From contig CM120640.1 in NCBI GenBank assembly GCA_051362555.1, positions 34,987,967 through 35,051,966 on the forward strand: 64,000 bases of DNA, given 5' to 3'. A model generated the notes under the pieces. It did not search any database. It saw only the letters and a list, made by a program, of their open reading frames with translations, and was not told the origin of the DNA. Below, in pieces: positions 43,416 through 54,772 of the stretch (positions are counted from its first letter, which is position 1; every line of letters starts with the position of its first letter). The DNA comes from Lingula anatina. Its lineage: Eukaryota; Animalia; Brachiopoda. A program made the position numbers and the translations under genes.

Positions 43416-46400
43416 GTACATGCAAATCCGTCTTTCATCACAGCACCAACATACGTTTAGAATGAGACAGAAAGCACCCCATGGTGTATCGAGTGTAAAA
43501 GGAAATTATGACTTGAACAAATTTGTCCAGTACTTAAAATCCGACCGTGCGGATGAATCTCTGCCACCCCATGCAGTAACAAGAACATCGGGCGGAACCA
43601 TGTTAGCTATCGATTGAAATCTGAAACATACATGTGAGGTGCATTTTCCGTCTGGCATCAAACTCATTACACTGAAGTCTGTATGCTAACGAGTCTTAGT
43701 CTTCCCCACTGCTGAATCATGTCAACAACAAGGGGAGAGAGGTCGCAGTTTCAGGTTGGTTGGATTGTTTTCCTGCGATGAGAAGTCGTGATCACGCGGT
43801 GGTAAGTTAGGCCGCCACAGTTGGACTGTAAATGATCCTTGACACCCTTCTGGTTTTCACACCCCACGAGATGCTGGGTGTCCATAGAGACGTTGTACAT
43901 TCAATATATGAATTACGGGAATACTTAATGATTGGCCAGTCACTGTTATAGCCGACTGTCCTCATTTCCCATAACATTTTTCTCGAGTCCGTTACATATG
44001 AGCTTGCATAAAGTTCCATGATAAATTACATTATAGGCAAACCTACGGCCAAAACCTGGTTTCAAGGGCATAAACTTTGTTTTGTAATATTTGGTAATAA
44101 ATTAAATAAATTACCAGTCAAGTAATATCTAGAAACTTCATATTCTCCATACATTACATACGTATGTATGTACATGAATATCATAATTGTTGTTGACAGG
44201 AGATAAAGCCATTATCTTTAAATGTATGCGACGAATGATTATGAATGATGTATTTACTACAACGTGTATGTCCCGCATTTAATTCACATTAAATTGGATT
44301 TGCAATTTAGAGCGTGCGGGTGATATGATTAACAGAAACAATTGATGCACTGTACTCGTGTATTCTGTTTCACTGAAGTGGGATCCATCCAAAACAAAGC
44401 AGATGCAATACAGAAAAATGAAAACGGACTTTCCATTCGTAATAATGTTTTAACCACGTTGCAATTGATCTTGCAATGTTGCACTCACTGGCGCCCATGT
44501 TCTCATCTACACTACGACCACCCGGATCACGTACTTCTCTACAATAAAGTAGACCTACTTAATGCCCCTATTTCACACAGCCAGGAATTGACAAGATTCA
44601 GGATTCGTAATCAGTTCGTGAAGTTCTTAACATATTCGTATATATTCGTAGTCGGTTCTTGCATTTCTTGATCAATCACGAAATGATTACGATTCAACCA
44701 CGAATCCTGAAATTTGTCAATTCCTGGCGATTCGTGGTCTGTGTGAAATAGGGGCATAAAACAGAAGCGCAATTTGTTCAAAATTGGACTGTACTCGAGC
44801 AATTAGGTTTGTATCTGTAGCAATATTAAAGCATATCCTCTGTCAAAACGCAAACGAACTGCGCAACACAAGCGTCGTAATCACATCTGACGATAACAGA
44901 GAGAAATAACGCTACTTGGATTCACATCATTCTTCTTATTCACAATCTATTAGTCCAGGAAATTGGTGAAAAATTGTGCATTTTTTACCTACAAGCATGA
45001 AATTTGGCACACTTATGGACAATAAAATTCTAAGCAAATTTGGATATATGGGCATGTCTGAAAATTCCAAAATGGCCGTCAAATCCAATATGGCCACCAA
45101 AATACCTTTTCAACTTAAAACTTCAAGTACATAGTCTTCTAATGACTTAAAATATCATATAAAGGTTAGAAAACACCATGGTATGAATTCTTCAGGTGTA
45201 TTAAATCCAAAATGGCCGCCAAAAGTAAAAAAGCAGACCATTTATTCAAGATATCCATTTGAATGGGGAATTCATCAAGCACTTAAAACTACAAGCATAA
45301 AATTTGGCAGGTTTGTGGAAAATGAAATTCTGAGCAAGTTTGGATGTATGGGCATATCCGAAAATTTAAAAATGGCCTTCAAATCCAAGATGGCCTCCAA
45401 AAATACGGCTTCTAATAAAAACTTCAAGTATATAGTCTTTTAAGGGCGTAAATATCATACAAAGGTTAAAAAACACCACGGTATGAATTCAGAATCAATA
45501 TTTGCTTTTTTAGGTGTATTAAATCCAAAATGGCCGCCAATAGTAAAAAGCACTCTACTAATCCAAGATATCCAGCAGAGTGGTTAATTCATCAAAAACT
45601 ACAAGCATGGCATTTGGTACAGTTGTAAAACAGGATTCCAAGCACTTTTGGATGTATGAGCATGTCTAAAAATTTCAATATATGGCCCCCAAATCCAATA
45701 TAGCCGACACAAATACCCTTTCAAATTAAAACTTCAAGTATATATAATCCTATAATAACTTAAGATAACATTTTATGGTTAGACAAGACTGTGGTATGCA
45801 TGAAGTATCAATATTTGATTCTTTAAGTGTATAGAAATCCAAAATGGCCTCAAAAAATAAGAAAAACAGGCCACTCACAGCAGCAGTATGGTGAATTCAT
45901 CATGCACTTAAAACTACAAGCATGTAAATTGGCTCAATTGTACAGAACAGGATTCTAAGCAATTTGTTATATAGGGACATGTCTGAATATTCTAATATGG
46001 CCACTAAAACCCTTTTAAAGTAAAAAAAGACTACTATATAATCTGACTGAAAACAGTCTTTACTCTTTTTTGGTTTTTCGCTCCTTTAGTTACATTTAGA
46101 CCCAAATGACCATAAAAAATGGAACAGGACTCCTTTTGGTCTAGTTGTGACACCACATGCAGCAATTCTATAAATGTCAAGGATATGAAAATGTCAAGGT
46201 ATTTTCACAAATAAGTTTCAAATTAACAAAAGTTATTTTATCAAGTAAGTGTTGCACATTTTATGGGCGGTCAACCTTTTACTTTAGTAAATGGACAATA
46301 TCTTAACAGAGGATAACAGCTAGCTACACCGAAATTTCTACTTATTTGGTTAAATAATTTTCATTCATTAATGTGTGCCTAGCTTTACTAGTAGTTGTGT

Positions 46401-48814
46401 TTCCCTCAGCTTTCCCAGGATTTCCTTAAAGCTAAAGCTTCTACATGTAATCCACTTTCCCCAACAAAATACCAAGAGGCATTGGTCGTTTTTAACACCA
46501 GAAAGCATCAGTTTACATGCATGAGGGTCAATAGGAATATGAAAGTGTGGTAGGGCATAGTAGTAGATGTAGGTTACTAGTGTGAACCCTTATAGGACCA
46601 GTCTTCCAATGCTTCTGACTCAGTTTACATACATGACGGTCCATAGGAACATGAAAGTGTGGAAGGGCATATTAGTAGATGTAGGTTACTAGTGTGAACC
46701 CTTATAGCACCAGTCTTCCAATGCTTCTGACTCCCCTCACCACAGTTAGCAACTGCACACATAACTACAAACAGATGTGGTAGGAGCTACCTGGTAGATT
46801 TTGTAAGCTGGGTAAGTGAATACTCCTCATGGCTACATTCTGGATTTTCCCACAGAGACAATGATGCCGGAAATCTCATGAATTTTTACCTTTCAAAGTC
46901 CATATTGCACTAATTTCTTGGTGTAATCCTCAGAATACATCGTTTTTTGAAGTTTTGTATGTATTAACTGTCTGGAGGATTTTAATTCTTTTATTTTCAT
47001 GTTCAGTTTTTTGAAAGTATAAGTTTGTAACTAAACAAGTTGCCAAATGATCAAATGAAAACCAAAGTTTGGCGCCTATAGATCAGTGCTTCTTTTTTAG
47101 TGCACGAAGTGTGAAGTCTGCAATGCAACTCTTGGATACAGCACGTATCAACACCTGCCCTCTGTATGGGGTACAGGTATTTCTTTGCTCATAAATTTTC
47201 ACTAAATTCTTGGTAGCCATTACTGCGAATGTACTAAAGCCAATTTTTTAAATAAGAAGCTTTTCTAATTTACTTTTGAAGCACAAGATAACATCATAAC
47301 ATTATCGAGTGCAAATGTGCCCCGCTTTTAGTACTTTACCAATGAAAAACACCAAATTGTTGAGACCTGTATGTTTGATTAGCTGTCATTTTTGTTATAT
47401 TTATGAGCATTTGATGAAGCGCCATGCACTGATCTAGCTGAAGAATCATAACCAACAGACAAAATTGGTACACCCCAAGTTTTAAATATATGCCTCTTTA
47501 AGGCTAAGTTATTCTGGTGTTTCTTTCACATTTTATGGATTTTGCACGATCCTTTTTTTCTTAGAAAGGGGGAGTCACTCATGAGTGCCATATAAGAAGA
47601 TTGCTAACTGGGAATTGATCTAAATGAGAATCCAGAGCAAAAAGTCAAACTACTTATGTTGGTTTATCAAAAGAAGGACTTTTTTCAGTACATAATAAAT
47701 GTATCATGCTTGATGGTTTTTTAAAAACTCTGTAGAATAGCTCCTGCACAGGTAGGAATATGCTGATTATACAGGTAGTTTGCAAAGCCCACATGCCTAT
47801 TCCCGAGTGATTACAATTCAATAGTTGTGGTCTGCTGACTTTTGGAGGCCATTTTGGAATTTTAAAACCTTAAGTGGCAGATACTGATACTTCATACATA
47901 CAATGGTATTTTCTAACCATTAAATGATATTTTTTATAAAAGACTATACAAATAACTTTCACCTTGAAAGGGTATTTGGGGGGGGGGCAATATTGAAATT
48001 GGCTGCCATATTGGAATTTTCAGACATGGGGCATGTCTGAAAATTCCAATATGGCAGCCAACGTTGCTTAGAATCAAGTTCTACATAACATGTGCCAATT
48101 TTTATGCTTGTAATTGTAAGTGCTTGATGATTTTACAAAACTGCTGCATATTTTGCGTAAGTAAACTGCTTATTTTACTTTTGGAGGCCATTTTGGAATT
48201 CTATACACCTGTAGAAGCGGATATTGATAATTCATTCATAGCATGATATTTTCCAGCTTTTAAATGATATTCTAAACCATTTTAGGACTATATATTAGAT
48301 GTTTTAATTTAAAAGAGTATTTGTGGCGGCCATATTGGATTTGGCGGCCATACTGGAATTTTCAGACATGCCCATATATCCAAAAAAGCTTAGAATTCCA
48401 TTATCTACAACTGTGGCAAATTTCATGCTTGTAGGTAAAAAACGCACAATTCACCCTTTTTTCTGCACCAATTTCTTGGACTATATTTTGCCTTCTTGAT
48501 TAATACAAATTCCTTTAACTTATTAACACCCCGGGTTGATATTGATCCGTGTGTATCGGGAAGGTTTGTGCTTGTGCTTAAATGCATTTTTCATGACAAC
48601 ATATGGAGAAATCCAGCCTAGGTCGCCTTCACGAGATTACAACCAGTACTGTTGCTCAGTATATCTCTAGGTAGTACGATGGAATGAAAATTACTATTAC
48701 GTTATACGCCGCTTTATTCCCCAAGTCACGCAATGAGAGATGTGGAGTGTAATTACATGTAACTGATTGCGCAATTTCCCGGCGAGATGCAGACGCTTTT
48801 ATTTATTTATTTTC

Positions 48815-48880
<66 letters not shown>

Positions 48881-49837
48881 GTTAGAATTTTCCTAGACGT
48901 GTTTGAGGAACAGATTTATAGCTTCAAGGAAGAAAAACACTGTCATTCTAAGTCAACACAAAAAGACTAACTGCTCATCATGACGGTATACCGTTACTTT
49001 TTAACAGGTATGGTACATAACCCAACGCCACGTCACAGCAAACTCAAATCAACAAGAAAGAAAAATTAATTAAAAGATTAAAAAATAAAGCAACCAAATT
49101 AGCAACTTAATATCGATACATGTTCATAGTTTTAATGTTTAGATGTATATTTTACGCTGCACCAGTATATGTATGCATATTTTCTATAAGTGCAGTTTAT
49201 GTCATACTTAAGGTATCATGTTTTCACACCGCAAGTTCGAATAAAGGAGTTTACCACAAATTTCATCATTGTGCTTTGGTTTCTTCTCTGGATTTGACTT
49301 GCCGACATCCCAAATAGTAAATACACATAACAATCAGTGATGCATTCCGGTATCTACCGATACATTTAATTGCCAATTAGGCGCTGATTAATTTGACATC
49401 TACACAATGGGCACAACATGCAAAAATTAACCCACGACCTTTGCCATATTATTTCACTGTGCAGCAAGCGATTATGTGCTGCCTACATGTATGCATCTGA
49501 CTAATACATGTACATGTAGTAGGTCTCTCAGTTACGATCGTGTTGACAGGTTTCATTCAGTATTGTAACTGTTCCCCGACGTTCGTCTGAACATGATAGC
49601 ATCTACACATCACTCACTCACTGCAAAATTTATAACTTCAGCCTTTCTATATTCATCAAAAAACGATGCCCACCTCAATGATTTCATATATTTTCATTGT
49701 ATTGCCAAACAGTACGAATTTGACTCTGTGCCGAAAAAAGGCAGAAAAACTTACTTGTTTCCATGGTTGTCTGCCAAAGAGTTGCCCAAGTACGTGAGTA
49801 CCATGAAAAATGACATAACCTCCACATTCAGCATCAT
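31983..49837 (-). CDS. Cys-loop ligand-gated chloride channel subunit, paralog 3 (GlyR/GluCl-like), 8 coding exons, ~436 aa
   Basis: Exons: 49837-49755 (signal peptide MMLNVEVMSFFMVLTYLGNSLA; ends AACAA|GTAAGT as in paralog 2), 42045-41948 (YDRRIRP), 40043-39976, 35626-35385, 34644-34562 (CLYDFTNFPMDIQTC), 33776-33639, 32910-32525 (M1-M3), 32195-31983 (M4). Sum 1311 nt, open frame. Exon 1 lies 7.7 kb from exon 2 and is inferred from phase and signal-peptide character. Confidence 0.88.
35085..35254. repeat. Palindromic MITE-like inverted repeat (~65-bp arms) in intron 4 of channel 3
   Basis: TACAAATTGGAATTGCAACTACGCT...GTAAAATAAAGGTGATTTTAATTAAA versus TTTAATTAAAAATCACCTTTATTTTAC...AGCGTAGTTGCAATTCCAATTTGTA. 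The spacer is repeated at ~35270-35310. Confidence 0.75.
35329..35385 (-). repeat. Short tandem repeat (11-13-nt unit, GTCAG[T/C]...GTG) at the exon 4 donor of channel 3
   Basis: Five CTGAC copies on the + strand. Confidence 0.85.
35757..35908. repeat. Perfect 75-bp tandem duplication
   Basis: TGCTATATTCGAGGTAATTGC...GGTAATTGCATGTATG occurs twice, starting at 35757 and 35832. Confidence 0.92.
37688..38637. mobile_element. Non-autonomous MULE/foldback-like element (950 bp) in intron 3 of channel 3
   Basis: Imperfect TIRs of >200 bp made of GGACAATTCCCCC subrepeats plus an AT-rich arm. Perfect 9-bp TSD GCCGCAAAC at 37679-37687 and 38638-38646. Confidence 0.88.
42133..42172. repeat. (CA)n microsatellite
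   Basis: Direct reading. Confidence 0.95.
43380..43412. repeat. (CT)n microsatellite
   Basis: Direct reading. Confidence 0.95.
44563..44756. mobile_element. PIF/Harbinger (Tourist-like) MITE
   Basis: Perfect 18-bp TIR TGCCCCTATTTCACACAG / CTGTGTGAAATAGGGGCA, further internal palindromy, and TAA on both flanks. Confidence 0.85.
44951..48483. mobile_element. Non-autonomous Academ-like DNA transposon with long repetitive TIRs, in intron 1 of channel 3
   Basis: Termini TAGTCCAGGAAATTGGTG ... CACCAATTTCTTGGACTA, with TAT on both flanks (3-bp TSD). Subterminal ~300-bp imperfect repeats (ctacaagcat...ccaaaatggccgcc) are mirrored at both ends. No intact ORF. Superfamily inferred from the TAG...CTA ends and TSD length. 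Confidence 0.78.
46509..46732. repeat. 112-bp imperfect tandem duplication inside the Academ-like element
   Basis: CAGTTTACAT...CCAATGCTTCTGACT at 46509-46620 and 46621-46732, with a few substitutions. Confidence 0.9.
48817..48876. repeat. (TA)n microsatellite
   Basis: Direct reading. Confidence 0.95.
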
Positions 49838-51539
49838 CAGTTATCCTCCTGTTCGCGCACGAGTTAGATAAAGCTTTCTTCTGCGACAAATCATCGGACG
49901 GCTGATATTTTGACCTTAACAAAGCTACTGAACGAACGCGGGTACATTTTCTTAGACGCGCTTTCCCAATTTACCAATTACATCAGAGTCACGGGATGAA
50001 AATACGCTTCAGTATTGTTTCACCATCGATTAAGAGGGCTCACTTCTGATTTCTTACAGCAAGATGTTGAATACTCATATGGGTGTAAAGAGGCGGGGCT
50101 CATTCCTGAAACAGTAATTGGACGTCGAGGACTGATGTGACAGCTGACGGTGTAATGGGGCGGGGTTAATAGTCATATTTACATATTCTGGTCACATGCT
50201 CTGAGAAGTGCTTCTATTGCGTTGTCTAGTATATATCTGACTTGCGTTTTGTGCAACGTCCAATGGGTATGAAACCTGGGACATGTAATTGAAACATGTA
50301 ATTGTAATTTACAGATGTTATCCAAAGCTCAATGTAATAATCTATCACGCAGCATGAGTCAGCTAAAAAACCCAAACTTCAGTTAAAATCCCCCGTCATT
50401 TTGATTTTTTTATTTTAGAAAATTCCCTTGATAAGTGTCATTTCCAGACACATCCAAGAGTTTACGTGTAGACTCGGCAGTCTGCCTGGGTTGATTGCCG
50501 AGCTTATAAATCAATCAGTTAAATACACAACAAGGAAATGCTTCCTTTCAATTGAAAATGATATTAAGGGATGTGCATGGGAATAAAATAGGTTCATTTA
50601 ATTAAGTCTTATACATTATCGTGAAACAACGAAAATTACTCATATTTAGAGCAATTCTCCTTTACTTTGGGGATTCGTAATATTGAATATATCCTACCGG
50701 CACTTCAGATTATTGCCTAACTTCTGTACTAATACAACGTGTAACTACATGTACTTGAAGGTGCCTGTTGGCCTTTCGATTTTGTATACCCTTGAGCCTC
50801 TTTATCTCTCCTGGCAGATTATACATGCCAAAAAACGGGATGCAGTGTGGGCCAAAATATTGCCTCGCTATCACTGATACTTTGGCGCAGGTACAGAAGG
50901 GGAAGGGGGCTCGAGGGGTATGTGCCCGCCCCCTTCTACCTTTATTGTATTTCCGGCCCAAGTGTGAGTTTTCTCTCAATCCATTTTCAGGGGTTCTGGA
51001 AGAAATGGATGTCGGAAAAATTTGGACCAAACAAAAGTGCAAGCTGATGCCTTTTTGCCTAAGTTAACCATGCTTGTGCAACTGGGAGTGTACCCCCCGC
51101 CAGCATCTCCGAATTTGCCCTGCCTTCGCTGTCAATTTTTAATTAATTATGAAATTCTTTTCCTGAAATGCAGAACGACCCTAAAACGTGTTTCAATGTA
51201 TATGAAAATTTCGTTTATAATCAAATACGTCATAATTAAGCTTCAAATTGTCATTGATGTGGTTGTGCCATTCGACAAAAATCACAACAAACGCAGTGTC
51301 AAACTACTCATCACCTCTCCATGAGATCGGTTTTCGTGTAGCAAATCAGTATTGTTTTATACATGTGAGAAATTTAAATATGATTGATATTCAATTGGGC
51401 TATCAATAATGGTATATTTAAATTTTCAAGTAACGAATTGTTTAAGAAATGATAAGAAAAGTTTGCCATTTTAATTTATTCACTTCCATGCAGTAATCTC
51501 ATCGATTGCTGTTACAACGTTGACTTCACTCTCGTATCA

Positions 51540-51807
51540 TAATCTATGGCCTCTACACCACTTAAACAATTGCCCAGCCAAGACTCTCAGCTATATAAGA
51601 TCGCCGGTAAAATGCTACTTCAAACACTTTTCTTTTGACCCAAAAAGGAAAATCTACATTTTTGTTCACAAGTGTTCACACATGGCATCTCTTTTGTCTA
51701 CAAAGGGTATCTAGCACACTTTGCATACACCCATCTCGCGTGAATGTAGCTCCGAGATAAACATAGGCTTCACAATTCTTAACCTCAATATCACCAATCC
51801 TTATAGG
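51540..51807 (-). pseudogene. Older degraded fragment of a related RTEX-like RT
   Basis: Translates, with stops and frameshifts, to PIRIGDIEVKNCEAYVYLGATFTRDG...NKNVDFPF.VKRKVFE...ILYS*ESWL. This is collinear with VSVKNCKVYTYLGVMFSQTG...SKNADFPFPIKKKVME...VLYGCESWL in the adjacent element. Confidence 0.8.
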
Positions 51808-51822
51808 GGCATATATACACAC

Positions 51823-54772
51823 ATAGATAGATAGATTTTTTTATCTAACCGTCTCCGAGCAGATACAATATTAAACAAAACAAAACAAAAAGTAAATTAC
51901 ATATACAGTTAATCCTCCGACCTTTCCGTCTCCGACAACATCAAACATTTATGGGCATAATTAGCCATTGTATTAATGTCACCCGTATTGTTAAAGAAAG
52001 ACGTAATGTCTGAAAAGTCTAGCCTATTGTAGTCTTCTCTTAACTGTTTCGTTTTTTGACAGAAACAAATTACATGCTCTTCCGTCTGAACATCAGTTCC
52101 ACATGTACACAGTCTCATATTTCTGGGGCGGCGTGACCATCTCCCCGTTTCAATAGCTAAACTATGAGCACTTAGCCGTAACCGGGAACAGGCTATCCTG
52201 TCCCGTTCCCTGAGACTGTATGATGAATACATGTCGTGTATAGACAAGTTAGGATTCATCTTAAAGTATGTAACAGATTTAATTCTGGTTGAATTTCTAA
52301 TTCGATTCTTTAATTCAGCTCTATTTGCTTCTATAATGTTATTAGAGTTAACCACTTTGGTCAGATATCGGGCTCCCCTGGTGCCGTTGTCGTTACAAAG
52401 CCGCCACACATGCATAAAAGGATCGTCCACCATGCCAGATCGTGTCTGAAGAATCTTAGTCATATAGGATCTTTGTGCAGCGCGTTCCCTGGCGCTCAGT
52501 TCGGGTATTCCTAATTCGGCTAGTATTAAGTCATTAGGAGTGCTCTGCCTGACACTTAATAAAGTTTTAATAATTGCGTAATAGGACGACTGAGCTGTTT
52601 TATAACTTGAACATAACCAGGATTCACAGCCATACAGCACCGAAGATATCAATGCTGCTTCCATGACCTTTTTCTTTATAGGAAATGGGAAGTCCGCATT
52701 TTTCGAAATAAAAGACGCAAACTTTAAAAGTTGAGACTGTTTTGTGGAAATTTGTTGTCTGACCGCTTCAACGCAACCGCCAGTCTGACTAAACATTACC
52801 CCTAGATATGTATACACTTTACAATTTTTAACCGATACATCTATAGCTGTCAAAGGTATCTTATCTCGTTCTTCCCCATTTATCACCATAAACTCCGTTT
52901 TGTCATTGTTAATCACCATTCCGGATCTCTGGCAGAAATTAATCAGAATATGTAATTTTCTCTCAGCCATCTCTCTACTAGTGGCCAGAATGACAGTGTC
53001 GTCCATTAGTAAGAGGCAATGTAACCAACCCAAGAAACCATCATGAGGTATTAAAGGCCGTAGGTCTCTGACGAACTCGTCGATATATAGGGTAAACAAA
53101 AAACAACTAGATGGGCTGCCTTGGCGCACGCCGAACGTCGCAGTAATCACAGTGGCTCCTAGTATGAATTTAGTATCATTATATAAAGCAATAATTGCAC
53201 TAATCATAGCCATGCCGCACCCAAGGCGGCATAAAGATCTAATCAGAGCTTGTCGTGGAATTCGATCGTATGCTTTAGAAAAATCGACGAACACAATAAA
53301 AAAGTTTTACTTTTTTGCATAATGCATAGTAAATAAGCAGTCTGAGGCTTAACAGTTGTTCTATGCACCCTCGTCCTTTCTGAGCACCCGCTTGCTCTCG
53401 CGAAGGCTTGAACCATTTTTCAAGTCTAGAACACAAGACCACATCATACAATTTTCCAAAAGTATCCATAATGGAGATCCCACGATAGTTACTGCAATCC
53501 AATCTTGTGCCCTTTTTAAAGATAACACTTAGGCAGCTATACGCCCATCTCGATGGGACTGTGGCACTAGAAAAAATCAAGCTGAAGAACGAAGCTAGGA
53601 ATATAATCCACGTGTCCGGCAGAGCTTTTACCACCCCTGGGGGTATGCCCGATGGACCCCCGCTTTTATTTGGCTTCACTGTTCTAATACAGTCTGAAAC
53701 CTCGCGGGCTGATATTGGCTCGTCTGTTATCGGTATGTATGGATACGATGCTTCGGTTTCGATGAACAATGGTTCACGGTTATCCGTACTCAAGAGTCCC
53801 TCGAAGTGTGTTTTAAACTGCTCATCTGTGGGCGTGTCGTTGTTCGTTTTTGTATTGTCAGTAGCGCCTTTCCAACTAATTGCTTGCCATACCGACCGAC
53901 TGTCTTTACTATTCATTAACTTGGACCATCTACCCTGTGGGTTTTTGCATTGGTCGTTTTGACGCTCCGTTTCCGCTACACGGTTAGTTTTAGATATCCT
54001 GCATGCCGTTCGCATAATATTGTTGACTCCCTCTGATATCTCATTAATTCCAGCACTGTCCATCGTCGGTGGCGGTACAGATAGCAGAAAATTTGTGAAC
54101 TTTTGTTTGTTCATATCATTCCACTTAAAACTTTGCTCATTATACCGACGTATTCTCTGCTGTAAAAACTGATCATATCCGCCTAAATTTTTAACCCGCT
54201 GTAATAGACATTCTAAGCGAGTGCTGGGCGAGTTCCATTTATTAGAATCAAAAGTTACTATGATTGGCGCGTGGTTGGAAGGCAGATTCGTGTCTTTAAG
54301 CACAGTAAAGTTCACCGTTGAAGGGATAATTGCGGACGACACAAAACAGTGGTCTAACTCCGATATCCAGTTTTCACTCATTCTAAACGTGAGGTCGTTT
54401 GAAAACGTCGTTCGATTGCAATTTTTGCAGTTTTCGTTGTTAAACCATTGATAAGGACAAGAGGATTGAGCATACCTGTCAGTAAATGTGCGTTATCGTT
54501 AGGGTATGCTATCTTGTCTTTGGCTTCTGAGTAATACCAGTCATTCTCAGTATTGCTCAAAAATAAATTCCTTAGATATGCAAAGCGACACTTTAAATCA
54601 CCCGATAACACCACATGCCGGTTTTTCTCTAATGCTGTTTGAATTTCTGAATTAAGATTTCCAATAGAGCTCGTTGAGAAATATGGGGATGATTTCGGTG
54701 GGATGTATCTAGAAATGAATGTAACATTAGGAAATAACGATATTGAAAAACTTATTTGGTCCGGTTTTAAAA
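51823..54772 (-). mobile_element. RTEX-like (clade tentative) non-LTR retrotransposon, APE endonuclease + RT, with two frameshifts
   Basis: Three consecutive ORFs (54378-~54770, 53275-54381, 51909-53294) join into one polyprotein: DQISF...YIPPKSSPY...GDLKCR...WISELD...SNHAPI (APE), NYRGIS, EQAGAQKGRGC, FVDFSKAYD, GVRQGSPSS, LMDD, and C-terminal RLRLSAHSLAIETGRW...RLCTC...EEHVICFC. An (ATCT)n tail lies at ~51823-51836. About 30 more nt of this element continue at 57453-57484, beyond the L1 insertion. Confidence 0.88.

Noticed and set aside
53507-53962. 151-aa + strand ORF and other shadow ORFs over the LINEs and IAP exon 1
   Set aside because: Antisense shadows of real coding sequence.
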